Shown piece by piece: positions 14,083 to 26,905 of a DNA stretch of 64,000 bases (position 1 is its first letter; each line of letters begins with the position of its first letter). Source of the DNA: Octopus vulgaris (taxonomy: Eukaryota); assembly GCA_951406725.2 (NCBI GenBank), contig OX597829.1, positions 22,506,001-22,570,000 of the forward strand. Reading direction: 5' to 3'. The translations under genes were made by a program, and so were the position numbers. The notes under the pieces were generated by a model that worked only from the letters and a program-made list of their open reading frames with translations, made no database searches and had not been told where the DNA came from.

Positions 14083-14280
14083 TCTTTTTCTTTTACTTGT
14101 TTCAGTCGTTTGACTGTGGCCATGCTGGAGCATCACCTTTAGTCGAGCAAATTGACCCCAGGACTTATTCTTTGTAAGCCCAGTACTTATTCTATCGGTC
14201 TCTTTTTGCCGAACCGCTAAGTGACAGGGATGTAAACACACCAGCATCAGTTGTCAAGCAATACTAGGGGACAAACACAG

Positions 14281-14360
<80 letters not shown>

Positions 14361-14520
14361 AACAGGCTTCTTTCAGTTTCCGTCTACCAAATCCACTGAC
14401 AAGGCATTGGTCAGCCCGGGGCTATAGCAGAAGACACTTGCCCAAGATGCCACGCAGTAGGACTGAACCCGGAACCATGTGGTTGGTTAGCAAGCTACTT
14501 ACCACACAGCCACTCCTGCG

Positions 14521-14522
<2 letters not shown>
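14083..14522 (-). mobile_element. SINE family A, full length
   Basis: Matches the A consensus, with an expanded (TA)n core. Confidence 0.88.
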
Positions 14523-14566
<44 letters not shown>

Positions 14567-14726
14567 TAATTGGGATAAAGTCAGTAATTAATGATTTATC
14601 AGTGGCCAGCATGCAAAAAAGACCATATGGGTCAAATGAATATTAAAAGTATAATCATAAAAATATGATTATAATAAAGGTGCTGTCCCTCCAGTACCCT
14701 TTACCATAATTATATTTTTATAATTA

Positions 14727-14767
<41 letters not shown>

Positions 14768-14871
14768 AGGCACAAGCATGTTTATGTCATTAAGAAGCTT
14801 GTTTCCCAATCATGCCGTTTCATGTTCACTCCAACTGTGTGATATCCAGGGTAGGTGTCTTCTACAAAATT

Positions 14872-14904
<33 letters not shown>

Positions 14905-15195
14905 GGCTGTTTGTGTGGACATGTTGTTCATATGTGTATCTTCATTATCGTCATTCAGTTTTATTTCCCATGGGTAAAACACCCACAAACATCAAAATGT
15001 TATTACATATCATTGGCCTTAACTTGGAATTAAATATAAAACAATAAAGTCGATAATGACGATGGTGATGATGATGATGATGATGATGACAATGACGACG
15101 ATGGTTGTGGTAGAGGGTGGGGGTGGCAATGACAAATTCATGGTATTGATAAAAAAGGCAAGCAGACATGTAGGTATATAGGCTAGTAAGATATA

Positions 15196-15408
15196 TCAGT
15201 GTGCTGAAAAGTTCCTGGCTTTGAGGGTTTCATGAAAGGTCTGGTTGGAAGCCTTCTTGTACTTTTACAGGGCTTAGAAAGTGTGAAAGACTTCTGCAAT
15301 AAGTGTATGAATCTGAGAGGGAAATATCTCAACTAAAATCATAATCAACTGATTCTCCTGTATTTTGTTTTTTTTACCCAATGCCAGGAAATTTTCAAAA
15401 CCCCTTTA
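15196..15408 (+). mobile_element. Mariner-derived MITE
   Basis: Imperfect TIRs GTGCTGAAAAGTTCCTGGC / GCCAGGAAATTTTCAAAAC. Internal remnant KCMNLRGKY resembles the mariner transposase C-terminus. Confidence 0.6.
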
Positions 15409-15485
15409 CATATATTTTATATTTTATCTAGTTTCAGCTCACGAGCTGTGGCCATGCTGGGGCATATATATATATAAATATATAA

Positions 15486-15516
<31 letters not shown>

Positions 15517-15704
15517 GTATTAAGATGACATTGCCAAAAAGTTGAAATAAGCTGCCAGATGAAAACACATCTTGTTCTTGTTCTTATAAAGTTCTTGTAA
15601 TAAATTTAAGCCTATTTTTTTTCAGTAATTTAATATTTCCATCAGTAAATATTCTTCCATTGTTATTCTTATGATCTAAAATAACTACAAGTTAACATTT
15701 TGAT

Positions 15705-16296
15705 TGCCAACCATAATGTCCTGGGTTCAGTCCCACTACATGGCACCTTGGACAATAGTCTTCTATTGTATCCCTAAGTCAACCAAAGCCTTTTGAGTGG
15801 ATTTGATAGATGGAAACTGAAAGAAGCCCACCATATATATATATATATAAATAAATATATGTATGTATATATTCTATAGAAAATAAAAATTGTCAAACAC
15901 AGGATGGCTGCTCAAGAATTCCTTTATTTTCTTTAGAAAACAGAGATACTTGGTGCTTCTAAGCTTGTTTACAAAATGTTCTCACACACATACAAACATG
16001 ACTGGTAATAGAGTGACCATTGGTTTCGCACCTACAGAATACTTAGACATATAAGCAGACTGAAATGGCTGATAAAGATATATATCATCATCATCATCAT
16101 CATTATCATCCTTTAACGTCCGCCTTCCATGCTAGCATGGGTTGGACGATTTTGACTGAGGGCTGGCGAACCAGACAGCTGCACCAGGCTCCAGTCTTGA
16201 TCCGGCAGAGTTTCTACAGCTGGATGCCCTTCCTAACGCCAACCACTCTGAGAGTGTAGTGGGTGCTTTATATATATATATATATATATGGGTGCT

Positions 16297-16333
<37 letters not shown>

Positions 16334-16575
16334 TATGCATGTATGTATATATCTATGAGTGTCTGTCTTTGTGTTTGTACCCCACGATGGTCATGCAACT
16401 GGTGTTGGTTTCTTTACATCCCTATAAATTTGTGGTTCAGCATAAGATGACCAATAGAAAAAGTACCAGACATAACAGAAAAAAGTACTGAAGTTTAATT
16501 GTTTGACTAAGATTCTTCAAGGCAATTCTACAGTATGGCTGCAATCCAATGATTGAAGCAAGTACAAGATAAAGA
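15705..16575 (+). mobile_element. Old SINE A with nested inserts, including family D (16085-16270, minus)
   Basis: A head at 15705-15835, D copy in reverse, A tail at ~16360-16575. Confidence 0.65.
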
Positions 16576-16965
16576 CTAACAGATGAAAGAGAAAAAGAGA
16601 GTATCATGTAACTGTTTAGGTGATAAACAGTAGACACTGCTTCTGCTCATTTGCATATCAGTACATTCATTGATGATGTGCATTAGTTAATTAAAACAGT
16701 GAGACAGTATCTGTAGATAAAATTGTAAATATTCTTAATGTGATTGTAGAACAACTATTAGTTTCTTAGTTGCACCAAAGATGCATACACACACACACAT
16801 GAACACACACATACATATGCAAACACACGAACGCACCCTGCCCCTCATTTATCTACAGGGGCTGGGTCTATTAACAGCAAGGCCAGATGTGAGGTTATTA
16901 AACACACACATGTAAAATTTTTATTTACTACTTAATTAACAAGCATACTGCATCAGTATGCAGTA

Positions 16966-17016
<51 letters not shown>

Positions 17017-17520
17017 CAGACAGACAGGCAGACAAAGAGAGCAAGAGAGAGAAGCAAATTGAGAGTGGTGAGCTAATGATAAGTATAGTACATGGCACAA
17101 GACCAGAATATGGTAAATAGTGGTGGAGGTGGTGGCGGAGAGTGTTTTAAATTATCTACTGAATCACAGTGTCAGTGTTCTATACATATAAGATAAACAT
17201 GTTTGCATACACATACATGCGTACATGGGTATGCATACTATGCGTACAAGTGTGCATATATATATATATACGTGTGTGTGTGTGTGTGTGTACGTAAGCA
17301 CATTTTACATATACATATATGCACATATGTGCATAGAAACATACGTATTTATATATTCTTACACACACGTTCACTAATATATACACAAAGATATGCGCAC
17401 ATGCTGGCACACCACTGCTTATGGTGAGCATTCCAGTTGACCCGATCAACAGAACAGCCTGCTCATGAAATTAAAAGTACAAGTGGCTGAGAACTGCACA
17501 GACATGCGTAACCTTTAATA

Positions 17521-17575
17521 CCAAAGCCTTGTGAGTGGATTTGGTAGACGGAAAGTGAAAGAAGCCCATATATAC

Positions 17576-17621
<46 letters not shown>

Positions 17622-17835
17622 TTGTGTGTCTGTGTTTGTTCCCCCAACATTGTTCGCTTGACAACTGATGCTGGTGTGATTACGTCCTCGTAACTTAGCG
17701 GTTCGGCAAAAGAGACTGTTAGAATAAGTACTAGGCTTACAAAAAATAAGTCCTGGGGTCGATTTGCTTGACTAAAGGCGTTGGTGCTCCAGCATGGCTG
17801 CAGTCAAATGACTGAAAGAAGTAAAAGAGTAAAAG
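17521..17835 (+). mobile_element. SINE family A (5'-truncated)
   Basis: Matches the A consensus from CCAAAGCCTTGTGAG to the tail. Confidence 0.85.
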
Positions 17836-18099
17836 AGTGTGTGTAAGTTGAACTGTGTAAAATGCTGGAGAAAGAAACCCAGCTGTTTGTTGCAATAAAT
17901 AGATCCAAACAAAAATTGGACCCTTAAAATACAACGGTAGATCTGCAGTTTATTATTTTGCTTGAATGAAAACCCTTCACCCACCCCACCGAGTCTTACA
18001 TGGAACCTAGTTGAGAACCACTGCACTATCCTATAGTTTTTAAAACTAAGTCACTTTAATGCTACAAGAAAAATTCTTAAGAACTTCAAAAATTTTTCT

Positions 18100-18385
18100 A
18101 ATCACTCAGGTGAATAACCAGATGTACAAAACGAGGACTCTGCAGATGTAAGACACTAATTACAACAGCAAAACACCACATTACTCAAGTTACAGGTGCA
18201 ATGCTCTGTGCACAGGTATTTTATTCCAATTACAGGTGTAAAACATTGTACAGCAATATGAGTCGCTAATGAAAAGGTGAAACGCTCCATATATAGGTGG
18301 GAAACATTAATTACAGGTCTAATACCTTATCACACTAATTACAGGTGAAATATCTTATTACACTAATTACAGGTTTAAGACACTC
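18100..18385. repeat. Degenerate repeat of CACTAATTACAGGTG modules
   Basis: TAATTA and/or CAGGT(G) at 18107, 18154, 18193, 18233, 18308, 18335, 18364. Confidence 0.7.
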
Positions 18386-19002
18386 TTCAAGACTTTATTT
18401 TTTTTTTGTTATGACATCTACTGTATTGCTATTGTTTACCTGTGCCACTTCTGCAGTCTCCTACTTGGTGAGCCAATGTGGAGTGTTTGCATGGTCACTC
18501 AACCTGCTAGAAGATTAGCCATTAAGAGCCACTTTCTGAGTTGTCACTTGAACTGCCAGAAACAACAGCCAAATCAACATCAAACCACTGACTAATATTA
18601 TCATCTTCATCATCATAATCATTTTAATGTTCACTTTTACATGCTTGCATGAGTTGGATGGAGTTAACTGAGGAAGATTTTCTACAGCCGGATGCTCTTC
18701 CTGTGGCCAACCCTCACTTGCTTCCAAGCAAGGTAATATTTCCTTGTGGCCAGATGTGAAAACGAATGACACTGCTTGTAAGACAGTGACAGTCATTTCA
18801 CAACTACCACATGATGTCAAGATAAGGATACACAAACAGGAAGACAGTCACACACATATCCATATCTACATACATGTATGTGTGTATACAAGTAAGCATA
18901 TAGATGCAAAACAAGGCGGTAAAAATAGTACTCGAATACCAAAGGTAGAGTAATATTCTGTTTTATTAAAGCTGAAGAAAAAAAACCTTCACAAAGAACC
19001 TT

Positions 19003-19169
19003 CAGGAGTGGCTGTGTGGTAAGTAGCTTGCTTACCAACCACATGGTTCTGGGTTCAGTCCCACTGTGTGGCACCTTGGGCAAGTGTCTTCTACTATTGC
19101 CTCAGGCCAACCAAAGCCTTGTGAGTGGATTTGGTAGACAGAAACTGAAAGAAGCCCATTGCATATATG

Positions 19170-19211
<42 letters not shown>

Positions 19212-19405
19212 TGTGTCTGTGTTTGTCAGCCCAACATCGCTTGACAACCGATGCTGGTGTGTTTACGTCCCTGTCACTTAGCAGTTCGGTAAGAGAGACC
19301 GATAGAATAAGTACTAGGCTTACAAAGTCTTGGGGTTGATTTGCTCAACTAAAGGCGGTGCTCCAGCATGGCCACAGTCAAATGACTGAAACAAATAAAA
19401 GAAAA
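19003..19405 (+). mobile_element. SINE family A, full length
   Basis: Matches the A consensus. Confidence 0.88.
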
Positions 19406-19940
19406 GAAAAAAGGATAAAATGTTACTCAGTTGTGTATTATTACAATTGTCTATGACTGGTCATGTGAAACTCTGTGCTTGAATGACCAAGTGAAACTCT
19501 AAGTAGCATCTATAACAGATGCTATCTATAATAGAAGATATTTGCCCAGAGTGTCATGTGGTGGAACTGAACCCAGAACCATGTGGTCGGGAAATAAACT
19601 TTCTAACCAGACAGCCACACCTGTGGTTGACTTTTTATAAGTAAAAGGCTGTGAAGTGTATTTGAGATTTGACAACCCAGAGTATAATTAGTCACATGAC
19701 AAGTAACATGTGATATGGTATATTTGTTTGTTAATTTTGTTGATTGTGGTAAAATTAATGTTTTTGATTAACAAAAGAAAAGCTGTTACAGATACAGATA
19801 AATCAACAGAATGAAGTTTGAACTGATGAAATTGCTTCAGAATCCAATGTTGAGAATTCCACATTTGTGGCTAAAAAAAATGTACATGAAAAAAGTTCTA
19901 AGTACCATCAGTATTATAGCAATAGTTCTTTGGACTGGAA

Positions 19941-20193
19941 GAGTGGTTCATAAAAAGGGTCTGAATGGCCCTTGGGGGTTCATATAAGATTCTGTCGTTA
20001 AAATTCATCTCCAATAAATTGAGTATATTTCTATAATGCACAAAATATTTTAACAATTTTTTTTTATACAATTCCTAACAATATTTAATTATAAAAATAT
20101 AGATTTTTTAAAACATAGAATGACTAGGAGGGTTCACCCAAGTAAAATAGGTAACAAAAGGGTCCATAGGTAAAAAATGGTTGAGAACCACAG
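19941..20193. mobile_element. hAT (Charlie-type) MITE with 8-bp TSD
   Basis: TIRs GAGTGGTTCATAA / TTGAGAACCACAG (consensus CAGTGGTTCTCAA). Flanks gactggaa (19933-19940) and aactggaa (20194-20201). Related ends at ~18023 and ~33725. Confidence 0.8.
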
Positions 20194-20364
20194 AACTGGA
20201 ACTAGGTTTTGTATATATTCTAGTAATGTAAGAAATTCTTGTCTCCAGTGTTTTGTTTGTAGTCATGTTCTTGCAAATAAGTGTATGATGCCAAATAAAT
20301 TGATGCACCATTGTATCTTCAAACATTAAATAGAGAATACGCCAAGGAATTTTTGGTATAATCG

Positions 20365-20580
20365 CTGATTTCAAATTTTGGCACAAGGCCAGCAATCTTT
20401 TTGGGTGGGGTAAGTTGATTATATCAAATCTCAATGCTCAACTGATGCATTTTTATTGATCCCGAAAGGATGAAAGGCAAAGTTGACCTCAGCAGAATTT
20501 GAACACGAAATGTAGAGACAGATGTAATGCTGCTAAGAACTTTGATCAGCATGCTACCAATTCTGCCAGTTCACCATCTT
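20365..20580 (-). mobile_element. SINE family B, tail type 1
   Basis: B core plus tail ..GCTGGCCTTGTGCCAAAATTTGAAATC. Confidence 0.7.
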
Positions 20581-20619
20581 AATTTTTGATATAATTATCA
20601 AGAAGTAATCTGCAATATT

Positions 20620-21970
20620 CAAGATATTGAAAACATCAAGAAGTGAGTCCCGTAGTTATAGCAATAATAACCAAAAACAAGGAACCATATTATATGACCA
20701 GAACCACCATGAAAAATTCTTGTTCTGGAATGGCTTGAACAATGTTTGACCTCAAAATTCAGTTAGACATAAAATATTTTGAAGGTGAATTCAACATGTT
20801 GGAAGATAGTTAGTTCTGCAAAATGAAAGCAAGGTGTTTGCACAATAATTATGAGTCAGTTGATGCAAATGGGCTAACATAAGTATGGGTATTTATACAT
20901 TTTTATTCAAAGAAAAAGAAACAGATCTGTAGAGCAACTTTTCTGCTTTCAAAGAAATTTTGTTTGAAAGCTAGAAGTGAAATAGGTTCATGAAAGAAAA
21001 CAATTTGTCAGAGACAAGTTACATAGAACGATGCATAGATGATGTGGAGTCAGTAGAGAGGTATACTTGGTAGACCATCTATGACTGGTCTGCAAAAAGA
21101 ATCTTTACAGCTTCAGTTATAACAAAAATGAAAATATTCTAACCACAGATTGGTTGTTTTACATCCCGAAACACCAACTGTTTGAAGTGAATTAAAGGTA
21201 ATTATTGAAAAAGTTGTTCAATGGTCTGTGGTATTAAAAATAAACCTATCAAATCAAGGAATTTCTGTCTATATTTGTGAAGAGGTGGGTATCACGGTTT
21301 CAAACCTTATTTTGAATGCTGAAGTCTTCTGGCCATCAAGTGGTTTGTTGTGAATAGGAATTGAGAGAAATTGTTTAAACTTTTTCAGGAGAATCAAGAA
21401 ACAGGATTGAATGATTCAATTCGTAACAAATTTTGGTGTACAAAATTGGAATATCTTTCTAACACATTCAAAATAAAACAGACAACATAGAAGAGTGACA
21501 GGGAATTAACAATTGTTGATAAAATTTATGCAACAGGGACCAAAAATAGCAATTTGGAAAAATGAGAGAAGGACATTTTCAAATGTTTGTCAAAATTGAT
21601 GTATGCAACTTAGGTTCTTTAACCATTGGTTATTTAGCATCACTTCAGGAGAAATTATATGGTAACTTCCCAAGTATAAGAATATGATTAAAAATCCCTG
21701 TTTCATCCACAAGGATATTTTTTTTTCACAAATAGAAGAGGGGGAAGAATTGATCAGGGGTCAATCATGATGTATAAAGAGAAACAATTGGTAAGTTTCT
21801 GGATTTATGTTTTAGAAAATCATTCCAATGAGGCTACAAAAGTTCCAAAAATTCCAGCATGGCCGCAGTCAAATGACTGAAACAAGTAAAAGAGTAAAAC
21901 AGAGAAAGAATGAGGTTGGAAAAATTCATGGAGTTATTACCCTCACCAGTAACAAGTGTTACCAGTTTTC
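20620..21970 (+). pseudogene. Decayed hAT transposase (Buster/Charlie, ZBED5/FAM200-like family)
   Basis: Collinear broken motifs: VIAIITKNKEPY (IAKxKKPH), ESVDANGLT*VWVFIHF (DESTD..QLLVFVRY), IKNKPIKSR, CEEVGITVSNLILNAEVFWPSSG (CEEMG..LLLHTEVRWLSRG), KLEYLSNTF (LAYLxDIF), LVSFW, LLPSPVTS (LLPFxTTY). Many stops and frameshifts. Confidence 0.8.
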
Positions 21971-21974
21971 TGTA

Positions 21975-22378
21975 AGGGAAGGACAGAATGAAGTGGAATG
22001 AAATAAAGCAAGCATTGGATGTTGTAATATGAGAGTAAATGAATGGTGAAGCCCAAATATGTTGAGAGAAGACACTGGGTACAAGAGGAATCAGATGTGG
22101 TGTTCAAGAAAGGAGACTAGCGATATATGTATGTGATGCATATGAATTATGTCTGTTAGTTAAAGAATCAGTAAGAAACCTGTCTCAGGGGACTGACATC
22201 ACCAATGAGATGTTGAAGGGCTGAAACAAATAAGAATATGCCATGGCAAGGAAGACCACTTCAAACCTCACATTCATGGAAAAGCAGGTCTAAAATCAAT
22301 GATGACAATCATGATGATGATGATGATGATGATGACAGCAATCATAGTGATGATGGTGATGATGATGATGATGATGGA
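21975..22378 (+). mobile_element. RTE-like LINE 3' fragment with (GAT)n tail
   Basis: Remnant LGTRGIRCGVQERRL resembles the RTE ORF2 end. 3' end CATGGAAAAGCAGGTCTAAAA(GAT)n resembles the family D tail. Similar remnant at ~3250-3380. Confidence 0.55.
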
Positions 22379-22597
22379 CAATAATGATATAATACAAGGC
22401 TTACAGTTAATTTCATACCCAGATTACTACCATGTCTCACCAATCTTGGTTCTTGGATGCCTTTAGCAAAATTCACTCTTTTGCTAACATTCTGGTAAGG
22501 TCCCAGATCTGATAAGTCCCACCCTTACTCCCTCTCACCTTCCCATCAGTGTGTGTGTATGTGTATATATAAGGTAATTTAAGATTTGCTAAAATAT

Positions 22598-22990
22598 TCT
22601 TTTACTTGTTTCAGTCATTTGACTGGCCCATGCTGGAGCACTGCTTTTAGTCAAACAAATCGACCCAGGACTTATTCTTTGTAAGCCTAGTACGTTAGTA
22701 CTTATTCTATTGGTCTCTTTTGCTGAACTGCTAAGTTATGGGGATGTAAACACACCAACACACACACATCATCGTTTAATGTCCGTTTTCCATGCTAGCA
22801 TGGGTTATACATACATACACACACACACACACAACAGGCGTCTTTCCATTTCTGTCTACCAAATCCAATTTCAAGGCTTTGGTCAGCCCAAAGCTATAGT
22901 AGAAGACACTTGCCCAAAGTGCCATGTGGTGGGACTGAACCCAGAACCATATGGTTGGGAAGCAAGCTTCTTACTACACAGCTTCTTTGT
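22598..22990 (-). mobile_element. SINE family A with a small family D fragment inside
   Basis: A consensus, with a D tail piece at ~22767-22806. Confidence 0.75.
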
Positions 22991-23387
22991 AACAAATCCA
23001 CTCACACAACTTTGGTCAGACCAGAGCAATATATAGAAGAAAACACATACCTAAAGTGCCACTCAGTGTGATTGAACCCAGATTGAAAAGTATGTGATTG
23101 AAAAGTAAAACTCTTATCACACAGCCACACCTGCGGCTAAAACACAAACACACACACTCCATGCATTTATTCCAACAGATTTACCATTGATCTTATTGAG
23201 AGAATCTTTACATTAATAGAAGTAATCCATCCTCATTGTTATGAATCTATAACACCACAAACAGTATCTTATAATTAATAAGTCATGTGATTAATTACTA
23301 AAACCTAGACATGTGGCATGTGTTACATGTATGTATATATGATGTCTATTATAAATATATATATATGTATACACACACACACACACA

Positions 23388-23503
23388 CAGAGTGGGCCAA
23401 AAGTCATGGTACCAAGATTAAAACTCATTTAATATATATATATTGAATATTTCAGAAATACTTATTTATAAATGTTTTGGTGCACGGCTTTTGGCCCACC
23501 CTG
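23388..23503. mobile_element. 116-bp Tc1/mariner-type MITE
   Basis: ~27-bp TIRs CAGAGTGGGCCAAAAGTCATGGTACCAA / TTGGTGCACGGCTTTTGGCCCACCCTG around an AT-rich core. Confidence 0.75.
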
Positions 23504-23504
23504 C

Positions 23505-23546
<42 letters not shown>

Positions 23547-24490
23547 TGAATGCATGTATGTTGGGGTCTACTGTGTATATATTGTGTGTGTGTGTGTGTG
23601 TGCATGGATATGTGTATGTGATGGTTGTAAAGCTAGCTTCCTAATCACATGACCATACCTGCTAATATCTCTTTAATACTCATCTGAATACGTGAACAGC
23701 ATTTTAGCAGTGTTTAACATAGAGTCTATATGGGTGGGGATGGGGTGGGGGTTGGGGGATTTAGCGTGGTGGAGGTGAGTGCTCTCTTCTATCTGGTGAA
23801 ATTCCCCCAGTGGAGTGTCTGCTGGTGTACAATAACAAAAATCTGGTGAGTTGGAAAATAAATTAAAGCCATCGTCGACAGACTACAAGATACGAGGAAC
23901 AGCACTAAATTGGTTTCAAGCCAACAAGATGCTTGAAACCCATTTTGTCACTCTCTCTCTCTCTAAGAGATTTGCTCCATTTGCTAGAAATAACAATTAT
24001 ATTTTTCTCAAATGACATCCCATTATATTAAGAAAAGAAAAAAAAAAAAAGATACATTTTGATAATGTAGTCTTAACCCTTCATCATTCAGATTACTCTG
24101 TCAAATGTAATGTTTAATTTATTCATATGCATATGGGAGATATCATTGTCTTGTGAGTCATATCACTAAACTTGGGAGCCTGGTCATTTGATCACCCTAT
24201 GGGTCACATAACTGTACTTTGGGACATCTAACTGGTCCTATCGTGGGATATCACTGTGGTAAGAATCCTTTCTTAGCTCTAAGAAGCGCTTTACAATAAA
24301 AACAATGCATTGCACACCAAAGTAACATCATAATGTTTGAATTATATGGAGATTTGTGTCAATAATTTGATGACACATATACTTACAGTACACATACACA
24401 CACGTATGTATGTGTGTGTGTGATCATGTCACATGATTATTTTTTAAAGGAAGTGACTCTGGCTGGAATATTTCCATCTTACCGACAGAA

Positions 24491-24507
24491 TTCCCACACT
24501 TCTCACA
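24491..24507 (-). promoter_or_regulatory. Two adjacent Su(H)/RBPJ consensus sites
   Basis: + strand TTCCCACA-C-TTCTCACA, i.e. TGTGGGAA and TGTGAGAA, both matching YGTGRGAA. Confidence 0.35.
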
Positions 24508-24873
24508 ACACCTCACTTCTCGCCACAATGTTGTTTCGTTTCAGGGTTACAGTATTTAGAGCATATTGAATGCCTATATGGCCTTAACCCTATCTTATAT
24601 TCCTTGTGGACTAATTATAGTGCTGCTCCTTTGATAATCAGCTTAAGAACTCTTTCATTCTAACGATGTTCTCATATTGTACATCATGAGATGAAACAAT
24701 ATGAAATACATAGCTGTTTATTTCTTCATTTATTTTATTTCAGCTAATAAATTTTCTTTTCTTTTTCTTTCCTTTTTTTTTGTTGTTGTTGTATATAAAA
24801 TATAACTTAGATTCAATAAAAACATAGCCAGATATTTTGGGATCCAAATATGAGCTATTTTATATAAAGTACC

Positions 24874-24939
<66 letters not shown>

Positions 24940-24944
24940 CATTT

Positions 24945-25122
24945 AAAAGCACCCACTACACTCTCTGAGTGGTTGACGTTAGGAAGGGCATCCAGCTGTA
25001 GAAACTCTGCTAGGATCAGATTGGAGCTTGGTGCAACCATCTGGTTTGCCAGTCCTCGGTCAAACCGTCCAACCCATGCCAGCATAGAAAGCAGACGTTA
25101 AACGATGATGATGATGATGATG
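24945..25122 (+). mobile_element. Family D SINE-like element
   Basis: AAAAGCACCCACTACACTCT..AGGAAGGGCATCCAGCTGTAGAAAC..CCAACCCATGCCAGCAT..(GAT)n. Confidence 0.8.
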
Positions 25123-25639
25123 ATATATACACGTAAATACATACATGCAGAGGACAATGATGATACTGCTACATAGAAACTCATTTTGCTACATATAGCA
25201 GCCAAATCTCCCCTGAATCTCATTACAACAGTTTTAAGTAAAAAAAAAATCTCATTAGATACCATGATGAGGCGGTGCTCCAGCATGGCCGCAGTCAAAT
25301 GACTGAAACAAGAGTAAAGAGAGTATGATGCCAAGTTTAGGTTAACAACACATCATGTGACAGACCACGCTATCACATGTTGTTACACATCGCTGGTCAC
25401 AATGTGCTTTGCACTGTTTTAGCCATCAGATGATGCGACTCCACTGGCTAGGTAAGCAGGCCAACATTCCCCTACCCCTGATCAAAGAGGACTGAAGCAA
25501 TGTGAAATGAAGTGCCTTGCTCAAGAACACAATGCACTGCCCAGTCAGGGAATCAAACCCAAGATCTAGCACTCATGTGCACAACAGCTTAACCACTGGA
25601 CCAATGTGCCTTCAATACATATGGATGCATATCTTTGGT

Positions 25640-25857
25640 ACTCTTTTATTCTTTTATTTTGTTTCAGTCATTTGACTGCGGCCATGCTGGAGCACTGCCT
25701 TTAGTCGAGCAAATCGCCCCCAGGATTTATTTTTTACAAACTTAGTACTTATTTTATCGGTCTCTTTTGCCGAACCACTAAGTTACAGGGACGCAAACAC
25801 ACCAACATCAGTTGTTGAGCAATGGAGGGGTGGGGACAAAAACAGACACATAAACAT

Positions 25858-25920
<63 letters not shown>

Positions 25921-26078
25921 CAACGGGCTTCTTTTAGTTTCCATCTACCAAATCCACTCACAAGGCTTTGGTTGACCCAATGCTATTGTAGAAGACACTT
26001 GCCCAAGGTGCCACGTTGAGGGACTGAAACCGGAACCATGTAGTTGGTAAGCAAGCTACTTACCACACAGCCATTCCT
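25640..26078 (-). mobile_element. SINE family A
   Basis: Matches the A consensus. Confidence 0.85.
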
Positions 26079-26219
26079 AAAAAAAAAACCCTACTCTGTT
26101 GTAAGCAATTTTGTCAGACCTCTAGTCTGAAGATTTCTCCTCTTTCTCTTCCCTTCTGTCCACCATAGTCAGAAGCCCTGTTGCAAGTTGTTCCTCCCCC
26201 ACTGCACCCCACCTGACTT

Positions 26220-26905
26220 TTACAGGTACTCTGTCGGTTACAACAATGAAGGTTCCAGCTGGTCCAACCAACAGAACACTCTGTTCATGCAATTAACGTG
26301 CAAGTGACTAAGCACCCCAGTGACATTCTTTACTCTTTTACTCGTTTCAGTCATTTGACTGCGGCCATGCTGGAGCACCGCCTTTAATCGAGCAACTCGA
26401 CCCCGGGACTTATTCTTTTGTAAGCCCAGTATTTATTCTATCGGTCTCTTTTGCCGAACCGCTAAGTAACGGGGACATAAACACACCAGCATCAGTTGTC
26501 AAGCAATGTTGGGGAGACAAACACAGACACACACACACACACACGCACACACATATATATACATATATACGATGGGCTTCTTTCAGTTTCCATCTACCAA
26601 ATCCACTCACAAGGCTTTGGTCGGCCCAAGGCTATAGTAGAAGACACTTGCCCAAGGTGCCACGCAGTGGGACTGAACCCAGAACCATGTGGTTGGTAAA
26701 CAAGCTACTTACCACACAGCCACTCCTGCGCCTATACACATGTACCATTAATGTAGTTCTCAGGTACATTCAGCCTGAATTACAGGTACAGTTCATTTTT
26801 ACCAGTTGAGTAAACTTGAGCAATGTGAAATAAAATGTTTTGCTCAATACAATATTCTGCTGGGAATTGAACTCATAACCTTATGATTGGGAGCAAAATA
26901 CCCTA
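26220..26905 (-). mobile_element. C-head SINE variant interrupted by a full SINE A (26327-26732)
   Basis: Host halves join as in copies at 17420-17520 and 45670-46520. The insert matches the A consensus. Confidence 0.75.

Noticed and set aside
16005-16060. Hammerhead ribozyme half on minus strand (GCGAAACCAATGGTC)
   Set aside because: Stem III and GUC are present but the CUGANGA core is missing. At most a dead Penelope-like remnant.
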